From Octopus vulgaris (taxonomy: Eukaryota), in contig OX597832.1 in NCBI GenBank assembly GCA_951406725.2, positions 40,486,001 through 40,550,000 on the forward strand: a stretch of 64,000 nt of DNA, read 5' to 3'. Shown here one piece after another: positions 49,720 through 64,000 of this stretch. Numbering within the stretch: the first letter of the stretch is position 1; each line of letters starts with the position of its first letter. The notes under the pieces are model-generated. The model was not told the origin of the DNA. It searched no databases and saw only the letters and a list, made by a program, of their open reading frames with translations. A program made the position numbers and the translations under genes.

Positions 49720-51465
49720 CCAAAGGTAGAGTGATATGCTCTTATTAACGCTGCAAAATTATCCCAAAAGCTGTTACTCGGAGTTTCATGTTCCCATTTG
49801 TTGGACAACTGTGATGAAAACTCGCTCGATGTTGTTTCTTCGCAACTTCCAGAAAAATGGATTTTTTTTAATGAAATTTTCAATAAATATGCTTCAGACA
49901 GCGTAGATTCCGATTATATCGGAATTTGTAGGGAAAATTCTTTTTCCAAGAGTGGATAGAAGAGTTTCGGAAAATTCTAGCGATTCGGCCTTGTTTCTTC
50001 ATAACTTTCAGAAAAATGTGTATTTTCTAATGAAATTTTCTACAAATATCTTTCAGATGCTGTACGAAGATTATGTCGGAATTTAATAGGCAAAAAAATG
50101 AGAGAGAGAGAGACCTTGCACACATACAAACTGACACACGACACATAACTACAAAATGAAACTTGAAATTTCGGAAAAAAAGGTGTGGGAGTCAGTATGT
50201 ATGTGTGCAAGCCCAACAATTTTATTTTTCATATTAAATTCTGATATAATGGTAATCTACACCATCGGATAGGTATTTGTAGAGAAATTTCAAAACAAAA
50301 ATATCAATTTTTCTGAAAGCTATGAGGAAACAAAGCCGACTTGAGTGAATTTGGCGAAACCCTTCTCGCGATCCTTGGAAAAACATTTTCACGACAAATT
50401 CCGGTGCAATCGAAATCTACATAATCTAAAGTGTATTTGTAGGAAAGCTCATTAAAAATATCCATTTTTCTGGAAGTTATGAAGAAGCAAAATCGTGCGA
50501 GGTGGGCACATTTGTGTAGGGATGTCCAGCACTCGTGACCAAATTCCAGAAAAATTACTCTCTATGTCTACGGATGTTTTCTTATTAAGGCATTCCTACA
50601 GATGTGTACCCCACCAAATTTGTTGCCTCGTAACTTCCAGAAAATGGATAGCTTTTTAATGAAATTTTCAACAAATACCGTTTAGATGTTGTAGATTCAG
50701 AGTATACGGAGATTTGTTGGAAAGAATTTTTCCGAGGCGGTGGGGAGAGGAGTTTCGGAAAATTCACACGACTTTTTTTTCCTCATAGCTTTGAGGAATT
50801 CGATCTTTTCGCTTTGACCGGCAGATTTTTTTAATAATTTCTTTGTAACTAAACACTTTTAAACTTCGTATACTGGTAGTGTGTTACATAAAACATCTTT
50901 TTCTCTTGGCTTTCTTGAGAAAATTCTGTAGTTTGAAAGATGTTTTATAAACACATTCTACCAGTATACGAAGCTTAAAAGTGTTTAGTTACAATGAAAT
51001 TATTTTAAACATCTGCCGGGTCAAAGTGAAAAGATCCAAACTGACTACTTATGCCGTCCTTACTCAGTTTTTCTGCACATTGGACAACTGTGTGTGTGTG
51101 TATAAATTAACAATGCAGTTCACCGTCGTAAAAAAGTGAAAGTAAATTGTCCTTAAAAAACGTAATTGCGTAAGAAACAAGTGATGGCACATGCCCCATT
51201 ATTTCATGTAAATAAAAGATGTAATATAACTAATGAAAATATATATTAAAACTTTATTTTATTTTACTTCGTTTTTTGTATCTGCTTTGCAAGATATTCC
51301 TTCATAACTTTCAGAAAAATGGGTATTTTCTAATGAAATTTTCTACAAATATTTTTCAGATGCTGTACGAAGATTATATCGGAATTTAATAGGCTAAAGA
51401 GAGAGAGAGAGAGCTTGCACACATACAAACTGACACACGACTTAGAACTACAAAATGACACTTAA
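49720..51465. repeat. Complex repeat with direct and inverted subunits; small foldback at about 50801-51037; duplication 49997-50164 / 51300-51463
   Basis: Recurrent aacttycagaaaaatgg..aatgaaattttc in both orientations. Confidence 0.65.
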
Positions 51466-52149
51466 TGATATTGGTATATAATGACTTTCCCAAGACCCAA
51501 CAAAATTAATTTTATTTCTCAAAAAAAGATTGGCAATTTACAAAAAAAGTGGTCTTAAAAAGTAGTCAAAAAATACATCAAAGAAATGCCAACATTTAAT
51601 CCATTTTAGAACTGATGTCCTCCCCCAAACCCACTGGTAATTAGCTAAAAACTAAAATCAATAAAGAATTTTAGAAATGAGAAGAAAAATTAACCTGCTT
51701 CTATAAGGAAATAATTTTAAGCCTTTAAAATTTGAATAGGATGCATAACATTGCACTGTAGTACAAATCCACTCACAAGTCTTTGGTTAGCCTGAGGCTA
51801 TTGTAGAAGACACTTGCCAAAGGTGTCGCTCAAAAAGACTGAACCTTGAACAAGGTGGTTGGGAAGCAAGCTTCTTACCACACAACCACAATGGGTGTGT
51901 GTGTGTGTGTGCATGCAATTCACTGATGTATATCAGTGAAGGATATAAACATAGGTAAAAAGGGATGGTGAAACATAGTTCTGTTCTCATTTAATGATAG
52001 TAACTGAAAGCTGTAGCAGTAAGAGAAGTAATTGAGGGGTCAGTGATAAGTTAATGGGGCAAGCGTGACAGGGAAAAATTGGGCAAGAGGCCTAGTGTGT
52101 ACACATCATTCATCCAGAAACTCAACAAAGTTGGCAGGTCTTCAAAAGC

Positions 52150-52527
52150 TCTCTTTACTCTCTTTTACTTGTTTCAGTCATTTGACTGCGGCCATGCTAG
52201 AGCACCACCTTTAGTCGAGCAAATCAACCCTGGGACTTATTCTTTTGTAAGCCCAGTACTTATTCTATCGGTCTCTTTTGCCGAACCACTAAGTGACGGG
52301 GATGTAAACACACCAGCATCGGTTGTCAAGCAATGCTAGGGGGACAAACACAGACACACAAACCCACACACACACACATATATATATACATATATACGAC
52401 AGGCTTCTTTCAGTTTCCGTCTACCAAATCCACTCACAAGGCTTTGGTCGGCCCGGGGCTATAGCAGAAGACACTTGCCGAAGATGCCACGCAGTGGGAC
52501 TGAACCTGGAACCATGTGGTTGGTTAG
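52150..52527 (-). mobile_element. tRNA-derived SINE, same family as 8809-9187
   Basis: Reverse-complement match. Confidence 0.85.
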
Positions 52528-52839
52528 CTGTGCATATCACCAATCAAAAGGCTCAAAATACACAAATGCATATATATATATATATATAATCAATAATAAC
52601 AAAGGGTAAAATTAATTAATTAACTAGTAATCAATAATTTCATCAAGTAGAATTCGGCATGAAAAAGGACCATTTCTCAGTAAACTTAAGCAATATTTTA
52701 TAATTAGGGTTCAGCAAAGATTTTGTTTTGTCCGGGAGTCTCTTCTTAAAGTAGCTAAGAAATAGCTAAGGTTCTTTGGCTGCTATTTCTAAACTTCAGT
52801 ATGTGGTAAAGCAAATCTTTGCTGAACCCTAATTATAAA

Positions 52840-52885
<46 letters not shown>

Positions 52886-53247
52886 CCACGTCTTTCTTTT
52901 CTTTCCTTTTTTCTGAAATATCAAAGACCCCCTTCCTTTCAAATGTTATACTAATAATGCGTTTGTTAAAACTAGTCCCTCTCATTTTATCATTTTTGCT
53001 CAGTAATTAATACATACCTCATCATCATTTAACATCCATTTTCCATGCTGGCATGGGTTGGACGGTTTGACCAGAGCTGAAAAGCTGCAACAAGTTCTGA
53101 TCTGCTTCGGCTTGGTTACTACAGCTGGGTGCCCTTTCTAATGCCAACCACTTTACAGTGTGTACTGAGTGCTTTTGATGTGACACTGGCAAGAGGGTCT
53201 TTTACATGGCCCTGGCACAGGACTCTTGCAAGCGAATCCTTTTCATC

Positions 53248-53277
<30 letters not shown>

Positions 53278-53285
<8 letters not shown>

Positions 53286-54030
53286 CAGAAGTAAATAGAC
53301 ATCATATAAAACATCACTTTATGTTTCAGGTTCTATATGTGACTGTTTAATTATGTCGTGTACAAAAGAAATCTTGGAACTCTCTGAATTTCAAAGAGGC
53401 CATATTGTGGATAATTCTGAAAGTGGACATAGCATAAAATTGCAGAAAACCTTGGGATCCTGCTTTCTACAGTTAATAGGGTGATTGTGCAATTCACGAA
53501 AGAGGGGAAGGAATCCATATCACTTCACCCAGAGCCCTCTTAGCAGGACCCTTCTCTTTGTTAAGAGAAGTGTGGTGGATAATCCTCATTGCAAGGCCTC
53601 TGACATAGCAGAACACATTGATGTCAGTCCCAGAACAGCTATCAGGTATCTCTACATACTTGGTTACAATGGCAGAGCAGAAGGAAGGAAGCCACTTCTT
53701 CAACCAGTCAGCATCAAGCGGAGAAAAAATTGGGCCAGTGAGATGGTGGAGAGGTCACTAGCATTTGGGGAGGGTCATATTCTCTGATGTGTTCAGATTT
53801 CCTGTATTTCCTGACAGTGGTTGAGTGTGGGTCTGGAGACTGTGATGAAGAATTTGATGTGAAAAGATTGCAGCCAACAATGAAACACGGCAGTTATTCT
53901 GTGATGCTCTGGAGAACAATTTGGTACAATGGTTGATCAGAGCTGGTGGAGTGTCAGGGCAACATAAACTCAGATAAATATGTGTCCTTGTTGCAGAAAG
54001 GACTCCTTCCAATCTTCTCCAGTGGAGAAA
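53278..54030 (+). mobile_element. Tc1-like transposon with a pseudogenised transposase
   Basis: ELSEFQRGHIV; IAEHIDVSPRTAIRYL..GRKPLL; CQGNINSDKYVSLL. Confidence 0.85.
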
Positions 54031-54032
54031 TG

Positions 54033-54470
54033 TGTGGTGTATGCGGGAGATTTGAAATAAGGACACCTACCTTCTCTTTGTCAACGGAGACCTCCCCAGT
54101 GGTATTGCGCCCTTCCACATGGCCCGACCCGAACGCTAGAAATAGCAACTGCTTTTCCCCTACCTTGACAAAGCGCTCACACATCCAACTCTGTCGGCTA
54201 CCTCAATTGAAAAGGCCCAATAGTGCCCTGCTTGCATGCACGTCACTCCTGCCCCCTTCCTCTTCTGGTCAGCTCCCCAGCTGCTGACGTCATTCCACAC
54301 GCCACCCTGATCTTAGAGATCACATTCTCTCTACTCGACGTTGAAGTCCACCATCCAACCAGGAGGGTGCCTTGTGTGTTGAGATCTTCTCAGGCTAGGC
54401 ACCTCGTTCTCCTTCTCTCCACAATCGTCATCCGACGAAGCGACAATCCTGCAAAGGTCCAAGACAGGAA
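54033..54470 (-). mobile_element. Gypsy-type 3' fragment: integrase tail, PPT-like tract and 3' LTR (54033-54299)
   Basis: LRRSQHTRHPPGWMVDF; cagggtggcg followed by TGTGG..CCACA. Confidence 0.65.
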
Positions 54471-55180
54471 TAGGAGACTGCACAAATTTCTTCACTGTTT
54501 GGTGATCTCTTCCCAGTATTTTTGATATTTCTATGGTTGTTTTTCCTTTTCAAAGCTCTGACATGATGGTAGACTTCTCATTTGAGGTAAGATCACGTTT
54601 CTGACCCATAATGGCCGTTGTTTGTTTTTGTCTGCACAGATCTGATTTATTTTAACAGAATGTTCACAGATAAGTGTTGCCAACAGTGAGAGGGAAATCA
54701 ACTGGTTTTGAATGAATGTACATTTATTTATTGAGAGAAGGTTGATTTGCCTATTAATGTGGGATGCAGTGTATATGTATATATTTATGTGCATGTGTCC
54801 ATGTTGCTCCCCCACCATCGCTTGACAACCAATATTGGTGTGTTTACGTCCCTGTAACTTAGTGGTTTAGCAAAATAGACTGATAGGATAAGTACTAGGC
54901 TCACAAAGAATAAGTCCTGGGATTGATTTCATCAACTGAAACTCTTTAAAGCGATGCTCCAGCATGGCCACAGTCAAAACGACTGAAATAAGTAAATGAA
55001 TAAAAGAATATATATATATATATGTTTAGGAATTTGTGTTGCAAGATTCCTGATATTTTAACAGAATGTGCACAGATAAGTGTTGCCAACAGTCGGTGGG
55101 AAAACAACTGGTTTTGAATGAATATAGATTTATTTATTGAGAGAAGGTTGATTTGCCAAATAATGTGGGACACAGTGTAT
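54471..55180 (-). mobile_element. Tc1-like 5' end fragments (54471-54772 and 55050-55180) separated by a SINE piece
   Basis: Shared TA|CACTG..CCCACATTA..GGCAAATC ends; ISKILGRDHQTVKKFV on -. Confidence 0.6.
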
Positions 55181-56031
55181 ATGACAGGCTTCTTTCAGTT
55201 TCCATCTACCAAATCTGCTCACAAGGCTTTGGTTGGCCCAAGGCTATGGTAGAAGACACTTGCCCAAGGTGCCATACAGTGGGACTGAACCCGGAACCAT
55301 GTGGTTGGGAGTATATATACATACATAAAGGCATCCACACTCAGCTTTTCTCCTTCTGCCTACCACTATGGTGCTCCACTTCCAGCTTCCATTTCCTTTG
55401 TTGTCTCACTGCACTTATCTACCATCTTAATTTGTCTCACAGCCTTCCCCTACAGCTTCACCTCCTAAACACCCCCTCTCCCCTCTGATCTACCCCCATC
55501 CAACATCTTCCTTTCTTTCTTTCATTGACTATCACAGGATTCTTTTCCACCCTTGTTCATTGTTCCGTTCCTTCATACTTTTACAATGTACAAGAGCTCC
55601 TTTCCCTCAATAACCCCTAACACTAATACCTTCACTTTCTCCCTGTTCCTTACCATACTCCCTCCTCCAATTACTGACTGCCTTACAACTGTTAGTCTTT
55701 CCATCACCACCACCACCCTATAACTACAAATATTTTCCTCTCATCTTACTTACCCTCCCTCATCAAACACCCCCAGAGCCATCGCACCCACTCTCTTCTG
55801 CTTGCCCTCAGTCACTTTAGGTTTTCAGCATTGCAAGTTACAAAGTACTCTTCACTGGTGCCACAAAAAAAGCACCTAGTATACTATGCTAAGTGGTTGG
55901 TCAAATAAACATTGGTGTACGATGCAGTCCTCCAACTCATCAGATCTTGAATTATCCAACCCACCCCAGCATGAAAGACAAGCTATTAAATAATGATACA
56001 TACTTATACATATACATACATGATGGGCTTA

Positions 56032-56661
56032 CCGTAAATCCTCGAGTATAATCCACATTTTTTCCCCAAAATTTAAAGGTTAAAATCCCTAGTGCATATT
56101 ATAGATGAGGTTAAAAATGGAAATTATTTTCTAAGCAATGTTCAAGTCTCTATTTGCTGTCGGGCAATGTTTATTCAGACGCATTTTGTGATGTTGGGTG
56201 CAAAAATACCTCAAATGATCCATAACTTGCAGTAAGCAACATTTATTAAACGTTATTTCTTTATTTTCTGCAAACAAAATGCCCAAAAATGCTACTTGTT
56301 TGCATTATCTTATATCAGTGCTTTTCAACATTTTTGCTGGAGAGTAACCCCTGTGCAATAATTTAATAGTCTTATGCACACATATCTGCACAGAATTAAA
56401 AATTACTGCCGATGTTAGCAGTTTTGTAACTTCTTGCAGAACCCCCGGACTGTACTGGCGGAACCCTGGTTGTAAACCAGTGTTATATATATGCAATAGT
56501 AATAGGAGGAAGTTACCGTATACATTTTTACAAACCAAGGACGTTATTTAGACCTCCTTGACTCAAGTTAGAGAAGGGGTGCGTATTATACACAAGGTTT
56601 AGGTTTTTCAGAGGTACAGCTCCCTAAAAATCCCCTGCGTAGTATACTCGAGGATTTACGG
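56032..56661. mobile_element. Tc1/mariner (pogo/Tigger-like) non-autonomous element with a probable nested hAT MITE at about 56316-56481
   Basis: TA|CCGTAAATCCTCGAGTATA..TATACTCGAGGATTTACGG|TA. Confidence 0.88.
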
Positions 56662-56854
56662 TAATACAGTTTCTGACAACCAAATTTACTCACAAGGCAT
56701 TGGTTGGCCTGGGGTGACACTAGAAGACACCTGTCCAAGGCACCACATAGTGGGAGTGAATCCACATAGGAGTATGATTTTCTTCATCAGTCATATTTAC
56801 ATTTATCCATCTACCTACCTACCTACACACACGTATATACACGCTGAAATATTA

Positions 56855-57070
56855 ATAAATTTGCAGTTACTCTATCCAGATTACAAGTTCAGGTTTATAC
56901 CTGTAATTATTGGGATACTGGGATATGTAACCCATTGCCTAAATACCAATCCTGAAAAATTAGGCTTCTCAAAACCAGAAAGGAGAAAGCTTATTTGAAG
57001 ACTACAGATTCAATCAATCACTGGAACTGTACAATTCTGTAAAACTTTCCATAAGTTTATCAATAAAATA
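56855..57070 (+). mobile_element. 3' end of an RLE-type non-LTR element (R4/Hero-like)
   Basis: LQLLYPDYKFRFIPVIIGILG..LQIQSITGT. Confidence 0.6.
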
Positions 57071-59619
57071 TAGATGAGCATGTCTAGATATGCAACTATA
57101 TGCATAAAAATAGATAAATAAAACAAAACATAGTTCTGCATGTATAGAATTAAAAAAAATATGCTGTTGGCAATGTTGAAATTTCAATGAGGAGACTTGG
57201 ATCTAGGTTAGAGAGCAGCTCTTTCTCTATTGGCAAGAAATTTTGAAATAAAACTGAATGGCAAACATACACACACACATACATCAGGTGTGACTGTGAA
57301 GTTTGCTTCACAACTACATTGGTTTTGGGTTCAGTCCCACTGTGTGACACCTTAAGCAGACATCTTCTACTCTAGTCTTTTAGTGGAGTTGACAGAAAGA
57401 AACTGAAAGTTCATCGTGTGTGAGAGCATATGTATTATTTGGTGGGGTCATCATCTTGTCTTGACACTGTAATACTGTCATACTAGTAACAACATTCATT
57501 TCCAATATCCTGTGATTGCATGTCTGCTCATGGGGAAATATCACCTTGCTTGGAAATGGGTGAGTAGAAAAACTACTGCAAATAAACTCCATCCAATATA
57601 TGCAAGTTTGGAAAAGTGGACATTAAATGGTGATGATGACACATATATGTGCGTCTGTATATATACAGACACACACATATATAAAGCAAACCATCAATTT
57701 AAAGGACTAATACAAGGAAAGGCGTATTCATTAGTGCTGAATATCCATTGAATCAAAACGTAACTTTGTGTTTAAGAGAAATAACCCCTTAGTTACCTTA
57801 TACACACTTTCATTCACGTACATCGACCTTTTCTCTCTATTTCATCGCACTTCACTTTGATTGTCAGCCACTCTTGTAGTATCTGCCATCTCTGTTATTT
57901 TTTATGTTCTACTATTAAGCACAAGGACTGAAATTTTGGAGAAGTGGGATAGTCAATTATATCAATACTAGTGCTCAACTGGTTGGTATGTTTTATCAAC
58001 CTTGGAAACTGTGAAAGCCAAAGTAGACGTTAGCAGAATTTGAACTTAGAACATAAATTTGATCATTTCTCCTGTGTGCTAACAATTCTATTTTCTTTCT
58101 TGTTCAAAATCATCTTTAGCCCATTCCATTAGTTTACATTTTAAGCATGTAAAATTATTTATTAGTGTTGTTATCCAGTTCACTTAATGTAAGGGCAACT
58201 GGTTGTCCAGTACTTTCAAAGACCTGTAGAATATAAAGAGCTCGGAATTGGGGAGAGAAGGGGTTGGCAACAGGAAGGGCATTTGGATATGAAATCCTGC
58301 CTCAAAGTCAATTACTGTCCAAGCCACATTAGCACTGGAAAAAAGGCATTAAACAAAATAATCAAATATATATATATATAGGCATGTTGTTTTTCTTAAA
58401 GACTGTCAGGTGTGATTTGAGAAAGATTGGCTCTTGTTTCAAGCAAAGTGAGTGACATGGGTCAAATGGAATTTGTTGAGGCAGATTTTGTCTGGATACC
58501 CTTCTTGTCACCAACCTTCAGAGCAGATGTTTTCGTGGAAGATTGAAAATGAAGGAAACCTCTTGCATGAGTGACACTTGTTTACAACCATCATCTCAAG
58601 ACAAGGAGAGGGTAACAAACATACAATCCTACACACATTCTTTTATTTCTTTACTTTTGAGTAATTTGACTGCAGCCATACTGGAGCACAGCTTTGCAGG
58701 GATTTTTAGTCAAACAAAGCAACCCCAGGACTTATTCTTTGTAAACCTAGTACTTATTCTATCAGTCTCTTACGCCAAATCACTAAGTTACAGGAATGTA
58801 AACACACCCAACGCTGGTTGTCAAGTGGTGATGGACAAACGCACAGATATATCGACAGGCTTCTTTCAGTTTCCCTCTACCAATTTTACTCACAATACAT
58901 TTGTCATTTTGGAGTTACAGTAGAAGACACTTGCCCACGGTGCCACAGAATGGAACTGAACCAAAGACTGTTTTGGAAACAAACCTCTTACCATACAACC
59001 ATGTCCAGTAATCAAACCATCTCAAATTTTTCCCCGCAATACAATTAGAACATCGAGTCCCCATTTATACTAGCAGGATAAAACCTTTGTTGGCAGATAA
59101 GGTGACAGCTATGAGTGCCTTTATTTAAATTCATACCATGGGACACTCTTGAAGTATACTGCCCTCCCCTCCCTGCAAATCCTGATGAATGTTATTTAAC
59201 CCTTTAGTATTTAAACCGGCCAAAATAGCTAATCTGTTTTATGTTCAAACTGACCAGATCCAGGCTCTTACACCTACCCTACAATGTTATTCTACATGAA
59301 GTAATTACACCATCAAGATCTTGAAGATATGAGATAATGCATGATTAATTCAAATCAATGGGAATCAATAAGCATTATGTTTGATAGAATAATCTGAACA
59401 CTAAAGGGTTAATGTACAAATTATCCATTGCTCAGTCAAGTTTGGTTATGCTTTGTTGATATTCAATAACATCAAAACAGGTCTGTAATGTCACCTTGCT
59501 TTTAAATGAAGATCAGAGATTTCTCTTACCTTTTTCATTAAATATTATACCCATTTCACATTGTCAAAACTTTGACACCATGCTGAAGAGATAAAGTTTA
59601 AATCAAAATACGTTTACAT

Positions 59620-59974
59620 GGATCTTTTCGGTTGGAATGGCAGTGTTTTTCTAGCGGTGTCATATGAAATTGTCACCCATAATTATGACCCTAGTATCGA
59701 TCTATTGCATTTCAATCTGTTTTAGGGTTAGGGGTGGGAGGAAGGGTATCTTTTTTTCTTCACAAATGTAAATAAACCCAATCCGTTTCCTAAATGAGGG
59801 ACATATTCATACGGCACAGAATGTTTTCACCTCAATAGACGGTCATTGATTGGTTCTCAATAAAGCCAAGAGAAAAAGATGTTTTATAAACACATTCTAC
59901 CAGTATACGAAGTTTAAAATTTTTTAGTTACCTAGAAATTATGTTAAAAACTGCCATTCAAACTGAAAAAATCC
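59620..59974. mobile_element. Merlin-like MITE
   Basis: GG..CC termini, imperfect TIR of about 25 bp, perfect 8-bp TSD GTTTACAT; related to 50801-51037 and 33837-34586. Confidence 0.75.
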
Positions 59975-62900
59975 GTTTACATAAATCATTCCTTATTTCA
60001 TTAATCTAAACTCACATCATTGGCTCACTTCAATTCATTTCCATTTGCTTGATATCTGAAATCCATAAAGATTTTTTTTGTTTTCAGTCACAAAAGGAAC
60101 ACTCATTCCCTTTGAAACTATTGGAAGAGCCACAACCCATCAATTCCAAACGTTGATAATTTTTTTTTCCATCATAGGAAGATGGGACACAAATTCCCTT
60201 GAAACTACCGAAGAGCCACAATCCAACCATTCTAAACAAATACCGATAGTGAAATTTGGAACTCAAAATTATTATTTACAACATTCACTTTCAATCTTTG
60301 GATTGTGGGTCACAGGGGGAACTGCCTTGCAGAATTTAGACATCAACCTCAGTACTTTTTAAAATTTGGTACTTATTCTATCAGTCTGCTTTGCCAAACC
60401 ACTAACTTACAACTTACAAGGATATAAACAAACAAGTCATCAAGCGGTAGGAACATATATACACACATCAGATACAAGCTTCTATACATTTCCTGTCTAC
60501 CAAATTCACTTGCCTAAAGTGCCACGCAGCAGGACAGAACCCAAAGCCCTGTGGTTGCCAAGTAAGCTTCTTAACCACACAATGCCTTGTCTGCAGCAAC
60601 AGCAAAGACTCTTGCTAAAAGGTAACAGATGGTTTACCCTGTCATTCTCATATTTGTAATGAAATATCCTATGTTATTACAATTTTCAGTCAGTTGCTTT
60701 ACTAAAATCAGGATTTGGAATATTAAATTGACCGAAAGAACGGACTATTGCAAGTAAAAATATTGAAAAACATGCATTTGGCCATATAACAGTTCAACAT
60801 AATAGCAACAATCATTATTCAACGTCCGTTTTCCATGCTAGCATGGGTAGCTTTGAAACCATCAAATCAAAAGCAGTTTCAGGTGGGTAGGTAGCAGAAA
60901 GGTTTAACCAGGATTAAATTTTACCAAACAGGTAATGTGTTTGACCAACTTCCAACTACTCAATTTCAGCCAAAAAGCTTAGGTTGTAGAAGGCACTTGC
61001 CTATGGTGATGAAGTATTAAACTTAGCACTTTATAACTGTTCAGAAATCCAAAGAACAAAACATCTTAAATCAGTGGTGAAGTCAGTAATCCAGGTGCCA
61101 TAATTTCCATCAAGGCTCAATAATTACTGAAGTATTTTAATTGAAATATACCATTAGCAATATGTAAATAAAAATAAGTCATTAACAATGAATCTCAATG
61201 GTTCTAAATATGCATAGAAATACTGAACTGATGAATTTTATATTTACCCTATATGCTAACTGAAAAGTTCTAACATTGTCTCATCTTTTATGTTCTGAGC
61301 TTTGGCAAACCCCTTGACGCTTTATAAATTTCTATTACATATCTGTACCTAAACACCGATGATGTGTAGATATACATTATTCTATTGAATGGAATATACT
61401 AAATATTTCCTGCAGACCAACAAGATTTGAACTTGGTCATTATACAAAATTAATTACTGCTCAATGTGTTTCCATCTGTTCCACCCTTACAGACCTGATA
61501 ATAATAATAATTTTTAGTCTATCTCTACAGATTTCCTATAGAACTCAGAACCTGTAATAAAAATGATTCCAAATTTTGGCACAAGGCCAGTATATTTCGT
61601 GAGTGGGACTTCATGATTATAGATTTAGGTTTGCAAGTTTTCAAAATAACTGATTGAAGTTTAACAATTTCATACTTAGTTACCATTAGTTATGTCTGAG
61701 CAACATCTTGCAAGAAGCAAATGGATTTGGTTTCCCCAGCACAGCATAGAAAGAGCTTGCTAATGAATAATGACTATTATTGAATTGCTGACCATATAGA
61801 GATCAGATTAAAAGTACTTAACAGGTAAAATATTGTGAAATCATTGATAAACAATACCCAAACGTTAAGAATTTTTATACACAGGGCACCTGAAATGCAA
61901 TAGGTCACACATTTTTCAAAATATTAAGAACTCAAGATTTACACTATTTTAGTGAAATCTCTACTAGTACTAAAAACTTGTTAAAAAACGTCTATTTCTC
62001 ATGTAACAAGATCTATGACGAGTGTCCAGCCCAGCCATGACCATCCAATAATTTTTATGTAGCATTATCAATATCACTATTTTCCTTGAATTTGCTAATC
62101 AATAGACGGATTAGAGGCACCATTTGCTTATGAAGGTCATTAAAAATTAAATGTTTGTTCACCCCACCTATAGATGGTCGCATTTGGATTTACACAACAG
62201 TAACCCAGTCCATTACACAAGCTCGCCGACACAAAGGATTTTCTTTTATCGGCAGGGGTGGGGTAGGTACACATTCATCAACTATAAAGATTGTTATATA
62301 TCTATACATATACACACAAACCTTAGTAATTGTTTAGTACATAAGAACCGTTTCTCAAATTATTTCAAATACCATTTTCACATAAATGTAAACATATTTT
62401 ACTTACTGTTGTAAATTCTAGATGCAGCAAAATTTACCAACACATCAGCTACATAAAAATCACAAAATATGTTACAAATGCCATCTATATTTAAGCTTCG
62501 TAACACCTGTCAAAAACTCAAAGAGAACCTTTCTGCAAAAAGAAAAAGATTGAATCTTCAAATCTGACATTGGTAACATATCTCCTATGATGTGCATTAT
62601 TTAGAATCACCATCACATAATCTGAAGAATGTTTTTTTAAAACAAAAAAAAGCCATTGATATCATTTCCAATATCCTTACAGGCGGTTAGTATGAACTAT
62701 AGGGATATTCCTCATCCCAAATAAAAGCTTAGAATAACCCAGTCAAGATCTGAAAATTAAGTGAGGTGGATAGTTAAATTGACCCCAGTATGCAGCCGAT
62801 ACCTTTTTTTGCTTTTAAATGACCTTTGGCGGAACACCATGAGGACTTAAAGTTTTAAAAAAATGCAAATAAACAAGTCAAAAAAATTAAATTACCCCTT

Positions 62901-64000
62901 CTCTTTTTTTCTTTTATTGAATGAATTAGTCAAAACAGAATATAATCTTTTTATTTCAACAATGGACAAAACCAAGAGTATGAAACATTTCTGTATTCTC
63001 TTGTAATTCCATGATTCAGAGAATACAGACATACAACTGTTGTTTCCAAAATATCCATCAATCTGCAGCAAGGAGGAGTCAATAGAGTAATAAAGTCTGT
63101 CACCACTTAGGAGAGCAATAATAAGAGAATTGAAACCACAGCCATGTCTTTGGTCAATGTTAAAGAGGAAACACCAACAAAGCACATTTGAGGTTGGCTC
63201 AAAAATGCTAACTAGTTTTTCTTGCAGATCTGCAGAAACAAGCAGCATAAAACTTCAATGACAAAAATGGTGAAGAGACCTTAATACACAACCACTAAAA
63301 AAATGAGATGGTAAAACAGCTGCAGGAGAGGAATATATATCTTGGTTTAGTTTCCAAACTGCATCTGATAGGAACTGGAAAACAAAAAGCAATCCTTGCT
63401 GGCCTGCAATGCTGACTACTTAACCAAACTTAGGCTTTTTTTTTCTTTTTTTAATATCTATTTTAACTTAATAAATTTAAATTACAAGGGAGAAAAAAAA
63501 AAAAACCTTTTGACTGAATAAAAATGTACAATATAGAACTGAAGGAGAAATTTTTTAAAAAACTATTTTAATACCACATGAACAACCAGCCAGCTTGTTA
63601 AGGTAAAAACTACCGTATGATCTAAAATATAGCTGGACATATTCATCATCCTCATCACCCCCATTTGTCATCATTATCATCATCATCCCTGCTGACAAAA
63701 AAAAAAACAACAAAAAAACTTGAACCTCACATTTTGTATATACTATATAGTAGCAGTAAAATATTAGTTAGAGATGCTATGAAGGATGGAAAACAGAAAA
63801 TAGAGAAACATTTCATTTTCAGATTATTTCCATCATCCTCATTCTGGAAGATCCATTTTTAAAATCAAGCATAAAAATAACATTTAGTTCATATGCAGAA
63901 AAGAACAACATTTGAAACAGTAAACATTTAATAATATAACTAAACTTCTTAATGACTGCTTGATCAATTATGGAATGTTACCGGAACGCAAGAGTGGAGA

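Noticed and set aside
59722-59733. TTAGGG x2 as an interstitial telomere
   Set aside because: Only two units, internal to a MITE
62892-63248. 118-aa ORF on -
   Set aside because: No recognisable domain, no splice support, UTR-like composition

Overview
Eukaryotic, AT-rich, microsatellite- and transposon-dense DNA. The repeat families look like those of an octopus or other coleoid cephalopod (inference). Two spliced genes were reconstructed by hand from GT/AG boundaries and phase continuity. A 19-exon PELP1/Rix1 orthologue lies on + (ATG 4743 to TAA 29496, about 758 aa). A 4-exon RNF168-like E3 ligase lies on - (ATG 48888 to TAA 30664, about 433 aa). Their stop codons face each other about 1.17 kb apart. 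The rest is decayed LINEs (CRE, CR1, RTE, L1/Tx1, RLE-type), LTR remnants, Tc1/pogo, piggyBac, hAT and Merlin-like elements, SINEs, long palindromes and minisatellites. Most ORFs in the supplied track are spurious. I found no convincing novel multi-gene system. The best leads are intronic dsRNA and structured-RNA candidates, a repeat-generated in-frame alternative donor in PELP1, a degenerate hammerhead motif, and the compact domain architecture of both proteins.
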